A DNA stretch of 64,000 bases from contig CBDDPY010000002.1 in NCBI GenBank assembly GCA_965232515.1, positions 3,744,001 to 3,808,000 of the forward strand, read 5' to 3'. The stretch comes from Alphaproteobacteria bacterium. Lineage in GTDB: Bacteria > Pseudomonadota > Alphaproteobacteria > GCA-2731375. The position numbers were made by a program, and so were the translations under genes. Below, piece by piece: positions 9,880-19,706 of the stretch (the stretch's first letter is position 1; each line of letters starts with the position of its first letter). Under the pieces are notes generated by a model. It did not search any database. It was not told the DNA's origin and was given only the letters and a program-made list of their open reading frames with translations.

Positions 9880-10199
9880 TGTTCGACAACGGCCGGATTC
9901 TCGACCTGGCGATCGAGGCATCGTTTGGGATGATCATGATCGCCCTGGTGCTTGCCTTCATCCGCCTCGCGCGCGGGCCGAGCCTGCCGGACCGGGTCGT
10001 GGCGCTGGACCTCATCACCATTCTGGCCGTCGCCTTCTGCGCGCTGTTCGCGATCTCGTCGGACCAGCAGGCCTTTCTCGATGTCGCCATCGCGCTGGCG
10101 CTGGTGGCGTTCCTGGCGACGGTCGCGCTCGCCCGGTTCGCCGAACGGCGCAAGGCGCGTTCCGAACGGCGGCCGGACGACGCGGAGGCCGGACCGTGA
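9876..10199 (+). CDS. mrpF: Mrp antiporter subunit F
   Basis: RLARGPSLPDRVVALD. Confidence 0.93.
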   Translation: MMFDNGRILDLAIEASFGMIMIALVLAFIRLARGPSLPDRVVALDLITILAVAFCALFAISSDQQAFLDVAIALALVAFLATVALARFAERRKARSERRPDDAEAGP

Positions 10200-10561
10200 G
10201 CGAGATCCTGACCGCCTTTTTCGTCGTCGCCGGCGGCTTCTTCGCGCTGGCCGCGGCGCTTGGCGTGCTGCGTCTGCCCGATGTGCTGATCCGCATGCAC
10301 GCGTCCACCAAGGCCGGCACGCTCGGCTGCGGCCTCACGCTGGTGGCCGTTGCCGTGCATTTCGGCGAGATCGGCATCACCGCGCGCGCCATCGCCGCCA
10401 TCGTCTTCCTGCTGCTGACGGCGCCCGTCGCCGCCCACATGATCGGCCGCGCCGCCTATCGCACCGGCGTGCCGCTGTGGCACGGTATGACCATCGACGA
10501 GGCCGCGAAACCGCCGGCCGAGAGCGCCGAACGGCGCGAGCAGAGCGCGCCGTCCGATTGA
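10196..10561 (+). CDS. mrpG: Mrp antiporter subunit G
   Basis: GVLRLPDVLIRMHASTKAGTLG; LLLTAPVAAHMIGRAAY. Confidence 0.94.
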   Translation: MSEILTAFFVVAGGFFALAAALGVLRLPDVLIRMHASTKAGTLGCGLTLVAVAVHFGEIGITARAIAAIVFLLLTAPVAAHMIGRAAYRTGVPLWHGMTIDEAAKPPAESAERREQSAPSD

Positions 10562-10585
10562 CAGATTATATATAATCTCCATAAT
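10558..10585 (+). promoter_or_regulatory. Sigma70 promoter with perfect palindromic GntR-type operator in the spacer
   Basis: TTGACA (10558)-N16-CATAAT (10580); AGATTATATATAATCT palindrome at 10563-10578. Confidence 0.75.
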
Positions 10586-10722
10586 TTTCGATGAAATCTA
10601 CAAGCCGTCGCGGGGTCGCGAATGCCCGTCGCCGGAAGGCGACGACGGGCCGGCCGGCCGTTGACGTCGAATGATGGACCGGCGGCCAGACACGAACAAC
10701 GGTCCGGGAGGGAGTGACCGAG

Positions 10723-11904
10723 ATGAGCGCAGACATGGAGATCGCGGCGGTCGAATGCCTGCATGCCGGCGCCGGCACGCGCAACTTCGATTTCGTCAAG
10801 ATCACGACGCGCGGCGGCCTGGTCGGCTGGAGCGAATATAACGAAGCTTTCGGCGGCCGGGGCCTAACCTCGGTCATCGAGCATATCGCGCCGCTGCTGA
10901 TCGGCCGGGATGCCCGCGCCACGGAAGCGATCGTCGCTTATGTGCACGCCATTCGCCGGCAGGCGCTGGGCGGCATCGTTCAGCAGGCGATCGGCGCCAT
11001 CGAGAACGCCCTGCTCGATGTCAAGGCGCGCGGCCTCGGCATTCCGGTCTACGAGCTGTTCGGCGGCCCGATCCGTCGCGAGATCGAGCTCTACTGGTCG
11101 CACTGCGGCACCTATCGCGCGGTCAACCACGAACAGCTCCAGATCCCGCGCGTCGACAGCCTCGACGACATCCGCGCGCTCGGCCGCGAGGTCGTCGAGG
11201 CCGGCTATCGCGGCCTGAAGACCAACCTGCTGCTGTTCGACGGCGAGACGCGCAGCCATGTACCGGGCTACGCGCGCGGGGACAACTTTCCGGAGCTGAC
11301 GGCCGAGCAGCCCTACGTCAAGGCGATCGCCGAACAGCTCGCCGCCTTTCGCGACGGCGCGGGTCCGGACACGCAGATCCATGTCGACCTGAATTTCAAC
11401 TACAAGACGGAGGGCTTCGTGCGCATGGCGAAGGCCATGGCGCCCTACAATCTGTCCTGGGTCGAGATCGACAGCCGCGACCCCGACGCCCTGCGCTACA
11501 TCCGCGACCAGGTCGAGATGCCGGTGGCGTCCGGTGAATGCCTGTTCGGGCGCCGGGAGTACAAGCCGTTCTTCGAGCGCCAGTCGTTCGACGTCGCCAT
11601 CATCGATGTGCCGTGGAACGGCCTGGGCGAGTCGGTCAAGATCGCGGCCATGGCGGAAGCGACCGAGATGAACGTCGCGCCGCACAATTTCTACGGGCCG
11701 CTGTCATCGATGATGAGCGCGCATTTCTCGGCGATCGTGCCCAATCTCCGGGTCATGGAAATCGATCCCGACCGGGTGCCCTGGTACGAGGACCTGGTGA
11801 CCGTGCCGCCGGAGGTCCGCAACGGCAAGATGATCCTGCCCGACGGACCGGGCTGGGGCACCGAGATCAACGAAGACGCCCTGGCGCAGCATCCGCCCGC
11901 ATAA
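10723..11904 (+). CDS. Mandelate racemase/muconate lactonizing (enolase superfamily) enzyme, probable acid-sugar dehydratase
   Basis: AIENALLDVKARGLGIPVYELFGG; metal ligands VDLN, VEID, GEC; APHNFYG. Confidence 0.88.
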   Translation: MSADMEIAAVECLHAGAGTRNFDFVKITTRGGLVGWSEYNEAFGGRGLTSVIEHIAPLLIGRDARATEAIVAYVHAIRRQALGGIVQQAIGAIENALLDVKARGLGIPVYELFGGPIRREIELYWSHCGTYRAVNHEQLQIPRVDSLDDIRALGREVVEAGYRGLKTNLLLFDGETRSHVPGYARGDNFPELTAEQPYVKAIAEQLAAFRDGAGPDTQIHVDLNFNYKTEGFVRMAKAMAPYNLSWVEIDSRDPDALRYIRDQVEMPVASGECLFGRREYKPFFERQSFDVAIIDVPWNGLGESVKIAAMAEATEMNVAPHNFYGPLSSMMSAHFSAIVPNLRVMEIDPDRVPWYEDLVTVPPEVRNGKMILPDGPGWGTEINEDALAQHPPA

Positions 11905-11932
11905 CAGAACGAATACAGGGGAGATCGAACGC

Positions 11933-12715
11933 ATGTTCCGACCGAACAGGCTGAAGCAGACCATCGCCACCGGCGGCCGCGCCTATGGTTTCTGGCTGAT
12001 GGGCGCCATGCCGACGTTGGCCGAAATCGCCGCCAATGCCGGTTTCGATTTCGTGGTCATCGACAACGAGCATGGCCCCGGCGACCTGTTCACCACGATC
12101 GCCATGATGCGCGCGGCGCAGGGTTCGGACGCCACCTGCATGGTCCGGGCACCCAGCCACGACCCGGCCCTGCTCTCGCGCCTGGTCGATTCCGGCGTCG
12201 ATACGCTGCTGATCCCGATGGTGAATTCGGCCGCGGAAGCCAAGGCCGTGGTCGATGCCTGCCTCTACCCGCCGGCCGGCCGCAAGGGCTTCGCCGCCGG
12301 CGCGGTGCGCGCCTCAGGCTACGGTCTCGCCGCCGACTATGTCGAGAAGGCGAACGACAATCTGTTCATCGCGGTGCAGATCGAGTCCGTCGACGCGGTG
12401 GCCCAGACCGCCGAGATCGCCGCCGTGCCCGGCGTCGATATGATCTTCATCGGTCCGAACGATCTCGCCGGCTCGCTTGGCCGGCCCGGCCAGTCGGACG
12501 ATCCGGAATGCGCAGCCCTGGTGGCGCAGGCCTGCGAGGCGGCCCGAAGCGTCGGCAAGCCGCTCGGCAGCATCCCGCGTAAGGGCATGACCTATCGCGA
12601 CGCGTTCGCGGAGGGCTTCCAGCTGGTGATCGACGGCGCCGACGTCGCGCTCTACCGCGAGGGTGTGCGCCAGGCCGTCGCCGGCTATCGCGAGTGGGCC
12701 GGCGCCTCAACGTAG
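11933..12715 (+). CDS. HpcH/HpaI-family class II pyruvate aldolase
   Basis: GFDFVVIDNEHG; YPPAGRKG; VQIES; DMIFIGPNDL. Confidence 0.9.
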   Translation: MFRPNRLKQTIATGGRAYGFWLMGAMPTLAEIAANAGFDFVVIDNEHGPGDLFTTIAMMRAAQGSDATCMVRAPSHDPALLSRLVDSGVDTLLIPMVNSAAEAKAVVDACLYPPAGRKGFAAGAVRASGYGLAADYVEKANDNLFIAVQIESVDAVAQTAEIAAVPGVDMIFIGPNDLAGSLGRPGQSDDPECAALVAQACEAARSVGKPLGSIPRKGMTYRDAFAEGFQLVIDGADVALYREGVRQAVAGYREWAGAST

Positions 12716-13468
12716 GCCGGCGTCGACCTGCAGCACCTGCTTGGTGATCATCTCGGCTTCGTCGGAGGCCAGGAACAACGCCGCGCGGGCCACGGCCCGG
12801 CCATCGAGTTCCCGTTTCAGGCATTGCCGCTCGAGCACACCCCTGATCTTCTCTGCATCGAACCAGAGCCGGCGCTGCTTCTCGGTCAGCACCGCGCCCG
12901 GCGCGATGGCGTTGACGCGGATATTGTCCGGCCCCAGGTCCTTCGCCAGCGCATTTGTCATGCCCACGACGGCTGCCTTCGCCGCGCAGTAGGCCGGCAT
13001 GTCATGGCCGCCGCCCATCCAGGCGATCGAGCTGAAATTGACGATGGCGCCCCGGCCCAGCGCGCGCATGTCGGGAACCACGGCCTGAGCGGCGAAGAAC
13101 TGGTGGCGGAGATTCACGGCCTGCGTCCAGTCCCAGTAGTCGGCCGTGACCTCGCCGAGCTTGTGGCGCTCGTCGTTGGCCGCGTTGTTGATCAGGATGC
13201 CGATGGGGCCAAGCCGTTCCCGGATATCGCCGATGGCGCGCTCCAGCGCGGCGATATCGGTCAGGTCGCAAAGGCTGAAGTCCGGCACATGCCGGCTATC
13301 CGATAGTTCGTCGACGAGCGCCCGCGACGCCGCGTCCTGGATGTCGAGGAACGCGACGGCCGCGCCCTGGCCGGCGAATGCCCGCACCAGATCGGCACCA
13401 ATGCCCGAGCCGCCGCCGGTAATCAGCACCACGCGGTCGCGCAGATCGGGATATAAGGCAATCGTCAC
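12707..13468 (-). CDS. SDR aldose 1-dehydrogenase (Caulobacter XylB-like)
   Basis: YPDLRDRVVLITGGGSGIG; NNAANDERH; VNLRHQFF; YCAAK. Strong recalled resemblance to D-xylose dehydrogenase XylB. Confidence 0.85.
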   Translation of the reverse strand: MTIALYPDLRDRVVLITGGGSGIGADLVRAFAGQGAAVAFLDIQDAASRALVDELSDSRHVPDFSLCDLTDIAALERAIGDIRERLGPIGILINNAANDERHKLGEVTADYWDWTQAVNLRHQFFAAQAVVPDMRALGRGAIVNFSSIAWMGGGHDMPAYCAAKAAVVGMTNALAKDLGPDNIRVNAIAPGAVLTEKQRRLWFDAEKIRGVLERQCLKRELDGRAVARAALFLASDEAEMITKQVLQVDAGLR

Positions 13469-13484
13469 GAGACCGGATCGCGGT

Positions 13485-14603
13485 TCAAGCGCCGATCCGG
13501 CGCTCGGTCTTCGGATCGAACAGACAGGCTTTCCGCATATCCACCGTCAGGCGGATGTTGTCGCCGGGCCGCGGCGCCCGATCCGGCTCGACTCGCGCCA
13601 CCATCTCCTCGTTGCCGAAGCGGAACACGACCATGGTTTCGGCCCCGGTCGGCTCCGTCACCTCGACATTGCAGTCGATCACGCCCATATGCGGCGGCAC
13701 CTCGCCATTTAGTTCCTCGCGCTCGCCGAAATTCTCCGAGCGGATGCCGAGGATCACCTCGCTGTCGACAAAGGCCGCGAGCCCGCCATGCGGATTGGGA
13801 ATCGGCAGATCGAAGCTCGATCCGTTGTCGTCGCTGACGGTGATCCGATGCGCGCCGTCGTTCGTCAGCGTGCCCCGGACCAGGTTCATCGGCAGCGCGC
13901 CCATGAAGCCGGCAACGAAAGTGTTGGCCGGCTTCTCGTAGGTCGTCTGCGGGTCGGCATACTGCTGGATCTGGCCGCCATGCATGACGGCGATGCGGCT
14001 CGCGAGCGTCATCGCCTCGATCTGGTCGTGGGTCACGTAGACGACCGTGGTCTGCAGGGCCTGGTGCAGCTTCTTTATCTCGGTCCGCATCTCGACCCGC
14101 AGCTTGGCGTCGAGATTGGAGAGCGGCTCGTCGAACAGGAACAACACGGGATTCCGCACCAACGCGCGGCCCATGGCGACGCGCTGCCGCTGGCCGCCCG
14201 ACAACTGACTCGGCCGCCGGTCTAGAAGCTGGTCGATCTTCAGGAACTCCGAGACCCGCTTGACGGCCGCATCCTGCTCGTCCTTGCCGACCCGGCGCAC
14301 CTGCAAGCCGAAGGTCAGGTTCTCGCGCACGGTCATGGTCGGATAGAGCGCGTAGCTCTGAAACACCATGGCGATGTCGCGGTCCTTGGGATGCACATCG
14401 TTGACGATCCGGTTGCCGATGATGACGTCGCCGCCGCTCGCATGCTCGAGTCCGGCGATGATCGACAGCAGCGTCGATTTTCCACAGCCGGACGGACCGA
14501 CCAGCACGATGAACTCACCGGCCTCGGCCTCCAGGTCGATGCCCTTCAGAACCTCGACCGTGCCGAAGTTCTTGTACAGGTTGGAAACGGTCAATGACGC
14601 CAT
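13485..14603 (-). CDS. Carbohydrate ABC transporter ATP-binding protein (MalK/GtsD-like)
   Basis: GPSGCGKST, LSGGQRQRVAMGRA, FLFDEPLSNLDAKLR, C-terminal TOBE region. Confidence 0.95.
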   Translation of the reverse strand: MASLTVSNLYKNFGTVEVLKGIDLEAEAGEFIVLVGPSGCGKSTLLSIIAGLEHASGGDVIIGNRIVNDVHPKDRDIAMVFQSYALYPTMTVRENLTFGLQVRRVGKDEQDAAVKRVSEFLKIDQLLDRRPSQLSGGQRQRVAMGRALVRNPVLFLFDEPLSNLDAKLRVEMRTEIKKLHQALQTTVVYVTHDQIEAMTLASRIAVMHGGQIQQYADPQTTYEKPANTFVAGFMGALPMNLVRGTLTNDGAHRITVSDDNGSSFDLPIPNPHGGLAAFVDSEVILGIRSENFGEREELNGEVPPHMGVIDCNVEVTEPTGAETMVVFRFGNEEMVARVEPDRAPRPGDNIRLTVDMRKACLFDPKTERRIGA

Positions 14604-14606
14604 CGA

Positions 14607-15500
14607 TCAGCCCTTGAGTGACCCGGCCGTGAGCCCGCGCATGAAGTAGCGCCCAGCAAAGAAGTAGATCAGTAGCGTCGGCAGCGCCGCGATGATCACC
14701 GCTGCGCTCTCGACGTTGTATTCCTTGAGGTCCGTCTGCGGCGCCGTCATGGCCAGCAACGCCGGCGTGATCGGCTTGTTGTAGCCGGACGTGAACGTGG
14801 TCGCGAACAGGAACTCGTTCCAGATATGCGTGAACTGCCAGATCACGACGACGACCAGGATCGGCGGCGACAGCGGCAGCACGATGCGGCGAAAGATGGT
14901 CCAGAACCCGGCGCCGTCGATGCGCGCCGCCTTGATCAACTCGTCGGGAATATTCATGTAGTAGTTGCGGCAGAACAGCGTCACGAAGCCGAGGCCGAGC
15001 ACGACGTGGACCATGACCAGGCCGGCCGTGGTGTTGGCGAGGCCGAGCTTGCCCAGCACCCAGGCCCAGGGCAGCAGCATGAGCTGACCCGGCACGAAAA
15101 CGCCGAACAGAATGAAGGCGAACACGAATTCGGAGCCACGGAAACGCCACTTGGTCAGCGCGTAGCCGTTGATCGCGCCGATCGCGGTCGAGATGATCGT
15201 CGCCGGAATCACCAGCTGCACCGAATTGATGAAGTAGGGGCTGATGCCCTGGCAATTGCCGCCGACGCAGCCGGTGCTCCAGACCTTGCCCCAGGCGCTG
15301 AGATCGAACGATTTCGGGAAGGCGATCAGCGAGCCGCCGTAGATATCCTCGATCGAGCGGAAGCTGGTCAGGAAAACGACGATCAGCGGCAGCAGATAGA
15401 TCGCCGCGAAGGCCAGCAGAATGCCGTAGATAACCATGCGCGAGATGAGCTGTTGGCGTCGCGTGCCGAGCCGTGTGTGGTCGAAGGTTTCGTCGGACAT
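14607..15500 (-). CDS. Carbohydrate ABC transporter permease (GtsC-like)
   Basis: IPDELIKAARIDGAG EAA loop; WQFTHIWNEFLF. Confidence 0.93.
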   Translation of the reverse strand: MSDETFDHTRLGTRRQQLISRMVIYGILLAFAAIYLLPLIVVFLTSFRSIEDIYGGSLIAFPKSFDLSAWGKVWSTGCVGGNCQGISPYFINSVQLVIPATIISTAIGAINGYALTKWRFRGSEFVFAFILFGVFVPGQLMLLPWAWVLGKLGLANTTAGLVMVHVVLGLGFVTLFCRNYYMNIPDELIKAARIDGAGFWTIFRRIVLPLSPPILVVVVIWQFTHIWNEFLFATTFTSGYNKPITPALLAMTAPQTDLKEYNVESAAVIIAALPTLLIYFFAGRYFMRGLTAGSLKG

Positions 15501-16462
15501 CAGCCGCCGCCCCGCGCCCGGCGGACGCGCAGATAAATGAAGTAGGGCACGAGAAACACCAGCAGCATCGCCAGCATCATGATCGCGCCGGCCGCGCCCT
15601 GACCGAGCTGTCCGCGCGCATACATGACGTCAAAAACGAAAATCGCCGGCACGGTGGTCGCGATCCCTGGCCCGCCGCTGGTCAGCGCCTGCACCAGTTC
15701 GAATGTCTTCAGCGCCGTCTGCACGAGAATGATCAGCACGGCGATGACGATGGGCTGGATCGACGGAATGATGATCCGCCAGTAGATCATCCACAGCGGC
15801 GCGCCGTCGATCTGCGCCGCCTTGACCAGGTTGGCGTCCACCGACCGCAAGCCCGCCAGGAACAGCACCATCACAAAGCCGGAGGCCTGCCAGACGCCGG
15901 CGAAGACCACGGTGTAGATCGCCATGTCCTTCTGGACGATCCAGTCGAACTGGAAGCTGAGCCAGCCGAGATCCTGGATGAGCCGCTCGACGCCGGTCTG
16001 CGGGTTCAAAAGCCAGCGCCAGACGACGCCGGTCACGACGAAGGAGATCGCCATCGGATAGAGCAGGATCGAGCGGAAGAAGGACTCGGCCCGGATGCGC
16101 TGGTCCATGAAGATGGCCAGCGCCAAGCCGACGATGGTGGTGATGATGACGTAGAAGAAGCCGAAGACGAAGAAGTTGGTGTAGGCGATCTGCCAGCGGA
16201 TGTTGGCCCAGAGCTTGGCGTGCGACTTCAGCCCGGTCAGCTCGTAGTTCGGGAACAGTGTCGAGTCGGTGAAGCTGAGATAGAGCGTCCAGAGAACGAA
16301 GCCGTAGGTGAAGATCAACGCCGCCAGCACCGATGGCGCCATGACGATCTGTGGCATGTAGGATTGAATGCGGTCCGACAGCGTCGGCTTGGGCCGGATC
16401 GCAGCCATATCGGGCTCGGACGCATCGGACCTGTCGATCCCGGTCCTGTCGATCGAAGCCAT
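15500..16462 (-). CDS. Carbohydrate ABC transporter permease (GtsB-like)
   Basis: LYPMAISFVVTG; VWQASGFVMVLFLAGLRSVD..KAAQIDGA. Confidence 0.93.
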   Translation of the reverse strand: MASIDRTGIDRSDASEPDMAAIRPKPTLSDRIQSYMPQIVMAPSVLAALIFTYGFVLWTLYLSFTDSTLFPNYELTGLKSHAKLWANIRWQIAYTNFFVFGFFYVIITTIVGLALAIFMDQRIRAESFFRSILLYPMAISFVVTGVVWRWLLNPQTGVERLIQDLGWLSFQFDWIVQKDMAIYTVVFAGVWQASGFVMVLFLAGLRSVDANLVKAAQIDGAPLWMIYWRIIIPSIQPIVIAVLIILVQTALKTFELVQALTSGGPGIATTVPAIFVFDVMYARGQLGQGAAGAIMMLAMLLVFLVPYFIYLRVRRARGGG

Positions 16463-16536
16463 CAACCGCCCCCGCCTGACTGTCCCCGTCCGATCCGGCG
16501 CATCGCGCCGGTGGCGCGTATTCTATCCCGAAACGC

Positions 16537-16582
16537 CGGCCGGCGATGCGGCATCGAAACGCCGATGCCGCATCGCCGGCCG
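16537..16582. repeat. 20-bp perfect inverted repeat (mRNA-stabilising hairpin after SBP gene)
   Basis: CGGCCGGCGATGCGGCATCG-aaacgc-CGATGCCGCATCGCCGGCCG. Confidence 0.75.
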
Positions 16583-16602
16583 TTAAACGATACCGGCGCC
16601 AA

Positions 16603-17871
16603 CTACATGTTGGCCTGAACGGCGTCCGCCACTTGTTCGGCAGCGTCCTTCGAGCTCATGTCGGTATTCATGAAGTTGCTGACGATCTCCATGACGGACG
16701 AGCGAATTCGCTGCGGCTGGGCCATGGAATGCGCCAGCGTCGGCACCAGACCGCCGGTTTCGATCGCCTGTTCCAGATGCTTCTGCGAAAGCTGCTGACA
16801 GTGCGGGAACTCGGACAGGCTGATGTCGCGGCGGGCCGGGATCGAGCCCTTGGCGAGATTGAAGAAGATCTGCACGTCGGGCGACATCACCAGCTCGGCG
16901 AACAGTGCCTGCCCCTGTTTGCGATCGTCATCATCCTGCACGAAGAAGGCGAAGGAATCGGAGTTAAGCGTAAAGGCCAGCTTGCCGTCGTTGGCCGGCT
17001 GGGTGTCACAGAGAAAATCGACGCCGTGCTTGTAGCCGAGCTGGGTCATGTTGCCCTGGAACCAGTCGCCCATGAACTGGAAACCAGCCTCGCCCTTGGC
17101 CACCATCACGGCCGCTTCACTCCACGGTCGGCCGGGCATGGCGTCGTCCATCCAGTTCACCATCTTGCGCAGCTGGTCGAACGTCGCGACCATCTGCGGC
17201 CCGCGCAGCGTGGCGTCGTCCAAATCCATGAACGCCTTCTTGTAGAAGTCGAGGCCCATCCCGACCGCGACCGCTTCGTAAAGCGTGATGTCCTGCCAGT
17301 CCTGGCCGCCGTGGGCGACCGGAACGATACCGGCCGCCGCCATCTTTTCGGCGATCGCGTTGAACTCGTCCCAGGTCTTGGGCAGCTCTTTCTCACCGAC
17401 CGCGTCCATCGCCTTCTTGGATGCGTACATCCAGTTGACGCGGTGGATGTTCACCGGCACGGCGACGAACTTGCCGTCGTACGACATGATGTCGATCAGC
17501 GTCGGCGCCATGACGTCACGCCACTTGCCCTCGTCGGCGATGGCGTTGAGGTCAGCGAGGCCGACGGCTTCGGCCCATTCATGGATGTTGGGCCCTTTGA
17601 GCTGCACCGCCGTCGGCGCGTCGCCGGCGATGACCCGTGCACGGAGCGCCGCGTACTGGCTGGCGGTGTGGCCGGCGATGGCGTTGTCGGTCCAGTCGCC
17701 GCCCTGCTCCCGGAACTTGTCCGCCAGCTTGGCCAGCGCTTCTGCGCTGGAGCCGCCGGTCCACATATGCATGAGCTCGACCTTCGGTTCGGCAAACGCC
17801 GTGACTGCGCCGAGAGAAAGCGAGCCAACGACGGCAACCGCCGCGGTTCTGGCAATCGTTTGAAGCTTCAT
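16603..17871 (-). CDS. Carbohydrate ABC transporter substrate-binding protein (GtsA-like)
   Basis: Signal peptide; VELMHMWTGG; AVPVNIHRVNW; QFMGDW; FNLAKGSIPAR. Confidence 0.92.
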   Translation of the reverse strand: MKLQTIARTAAVAVVGSLSLGAVTAFAEPKVELMHMWTGGSSAEALAKLADKFREQGGDWTDNAIAGHTASQYAALRARVIAGDAPTAVQLKGPNIHEWAEAVGLADLNAIADEGKWRDVMAPTLIDIMSYDGKFVAVPVNIHRVNWMYASKKAMDAVGEKELPKTWDEFNAIAEKMAAAGIVPVAHGGQDWQDITLYEAVAVGMGLDFYKKAFMDLDDATLRGPQMVATFDQLRKMVNWMDDAMPGRPWSEAAVMVAKGEAGFQFMGDWFQGNMTQLGYKHGVDFLCDTQPANDGKLAFTLNSDSFAFFVQDDDDRKQGQALFAELVMSPDVQIFFNLAKGSIPARRDISLSEFPHCQQLSQKHLEQAIETGGLVPTLAHSMAQPQRIRSSVMEIVSNFMNTDMSSKDAAEQVADAVQANM

Positions 17872-17930
17872 TGGTTCCTCCCCGATTGGGTTTCGTGAAA
17901 TTGACCTTCGTTGTTGCCGTTATCTTCTGG

Positions 17931-19649
17931 TCACTTGTAGGGCGGTTCGGCGCCACGGGAACCGACAAGAACGTCGAGATCGGCGCCCTTGTCGGCCTGC
18001 AGCACGTGATCGGCGTAGATCCGCTGCCAACCGCTGGCCATGGCGCTGTCGTGGGTGCCGCGTTCCGCCAGCCGCCGGGCGATCTCGGCCTCGTCGACCT
18101 CGAGCGTCAGGCGGCGGTTCGGCACGTCCAGTTCGATCATGTCGCCGTTCTCGACGGCAGCCAGCGGACCGCCGACCGCGCTCTCCGGCGCCGAGTGCAG
18201 CACGACCGTGCCGAAGGCGGTGCCGCTCATGCGGGCGTCCGAGATCCGCACCATGTCGCGCACACCCTTTTCGAGCAGCTTCTTCGGCAGGCCCATGTTG
18301 CCGGTTTCCGGCATGCCCGGAAAACCCTTCGGCCCGCAGCTCTTCAACACCAGGATGCAGCTCTCGTCGACATCCAGATCGGGATCGTCGATCCGGGCGC
18401 GGAAATCCCTGATGTCTTCGAACACCACGGCGCGGCCGCGGTGGGTCATCAGTTCGGGCGTCGCCGCCGACGGCTTCAGCACGGCGCCGTCGGGGCAGAG
18501 ATTGCCGCGCAGCACGGCGATGCCGCCCTGCGGCTTGAACGGTTGATCGAAGCTGTGAATGACGTCGCGGTTGCCTGACGCCGCGCCTTCGAGGTTTTCG
18601 CCGACCGTCTTGCCGGTGACCGTCATTGCGCCGAGATGCAGCTTGTGGCCGATCTCGCTCATCACGGCCGGCAGACCCCCGGCGTAGAAAAAATCTTCCA
18701 TCAGATATTCGCCGGACGGCATCAGGTTGACGAGGCAAGGCATGTCGCGGCCCAGCCGGTCCCAGTCGTCGAGCGTCAGGTCAATGCCCATGCGGCCGGC
18801 GATGGCCAGCAGATGGATGACCGCGTTCGTCGAGCCGCCGATGGCCCCGATGGTCATGATGACGTTCTCGAAGTTCGCCTTGGTCAGGATCTTCGACATG
18901 GTCAGGTCTTCCTCGACCAGGCCCACGGCGCGGCGGCCGACCATGCGGGCGAGCGCGTTGCGGCGCGCATCGGCGGCCGGAATGGCGGCGTTCTGCGGCA
19001 ACGCCAGGCCCAGCGACTCGACCACCGAGGCCATCGAGGACGCGGTGCCCATGGTGTTGCAGTGGCCGATGGACCGGGCCGTCGAGGCCTCCAGTTCCTC
19101 ACCCAGACTTGGGTCGAAGGCACCGGCGCGGATCTCCTCGCGCAGCTTGATGAAGGTGGTGCCGTTGCCCATGCGCTGGCCGCGCCACCAGCCGTTCAGC
19201 ATCGGCCCGCCGGAAATGACGATCGAGGGTATGTCGCAAGACGCCGCCCCCATCACCAGCGCCGGCGTGGTCTTGTCGCAACCGCACATCAGCACCACGC
19301 CGTCGAGCGGATTGGCGCGGATCGACTCCTCGACGTCCATGGCCGCGAGGTTGCGGTAGAGCATGGTCGTCGGCCGCATCAGCGTTTCGCCGAGTGACGT
19401 GACCGGAAATTCGAGCGGAAAGCCGCCCGCCTCCAGCACGCCGTCATGCACATGCTTCGCCATTTGCCGCATATGCTGGTTACAAGGCGTCAGCTCCGAC
19501 CAGGTATTGCAGATGCCGATCACCGGCCGCCCGTCGAACAGGTCGTGCGGATAGCCCTGGTTCTTCATCCAGCCGCGCGAGCCCGACTGGCCAAACGGCG
19601 CGCCGAACCAGACCTGCGAGCGACGTTTCTTCCGGGTTTCTTCGTCCAT
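17931..19649 (-). CDS. IlvD/Edd-family sugar-acid dehydratase (L-arabinonate dehydratase-like)
   Basis: WMKNQGYPHDLFDGRPVIGICNTWSELTPCN; GCDKTTP; GHCNTMGTAS; DARMSGT. Confidence 0.9.
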   Translation of the reverse strand: MDEETRKKRRSQVWFGAPFGQSGSRGWMKNQGYPHDLFDGRPVIGICNTWSELTPCNQHMRQMAKHVHDGVLEAGGFPLEFPVTSLGETLMRPTTMLYRNLAAMDVEESIRANPLDGVVLMCGCDKTTPALVMGAASCDIPSIVISGGPMLNGWWRGQRMGNGTTFIKLREEIRAGAFDPSLGEELEASTARSIGHCNTMGTASSMASVVESLGLALPQNAAIPAADARRNALARMVGRRAVGLVEEDLTMSKILTKANFENVIMTIGAIGGSTNAVIHLLAIAGRMGIDLTLDDWDRLGRDMPCLVNLMPSGEYLMEDFFYAGGLPAVMSEIGHKLHLGAMTVTGKTVGENLEGAASGNRDVIHSFDQPFKPQGGIAVLRGNLCPDGAVLKPSAATPELMTHRGRAVVFEDIRDFRARIDDPDLDVDESCILVLKSCGPKGFPGMPETGNMGLPKKLLEKGVRDMVRISDARMSGTAFGTVVLHSAPESAVGGPLAAVENGDMIELDVPNRRLTLEVDEAEIARRLAERGTHDSAMASGWQRIYADHVLQADKGADLDVLVGSRGAEPPYK

Positions 19650-19706
19650 GGTTCCGTTGCCTGTCGTTATTCCATCACCGCCTTGACGGTCGGCCGGTGT
19701 CCGGCG

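Noticed and set aside
17931-19649. Branched-chain IlvD, or the missing sulfogluconate dehydratase of the SQ cluster
   Set aside because: The N-terminus matches pentonate (arabinonate-type) dehydratases and the gene lies in its own GntR regulon about 25 kb away; a sulfo-ED role is not supported, though not excluded.
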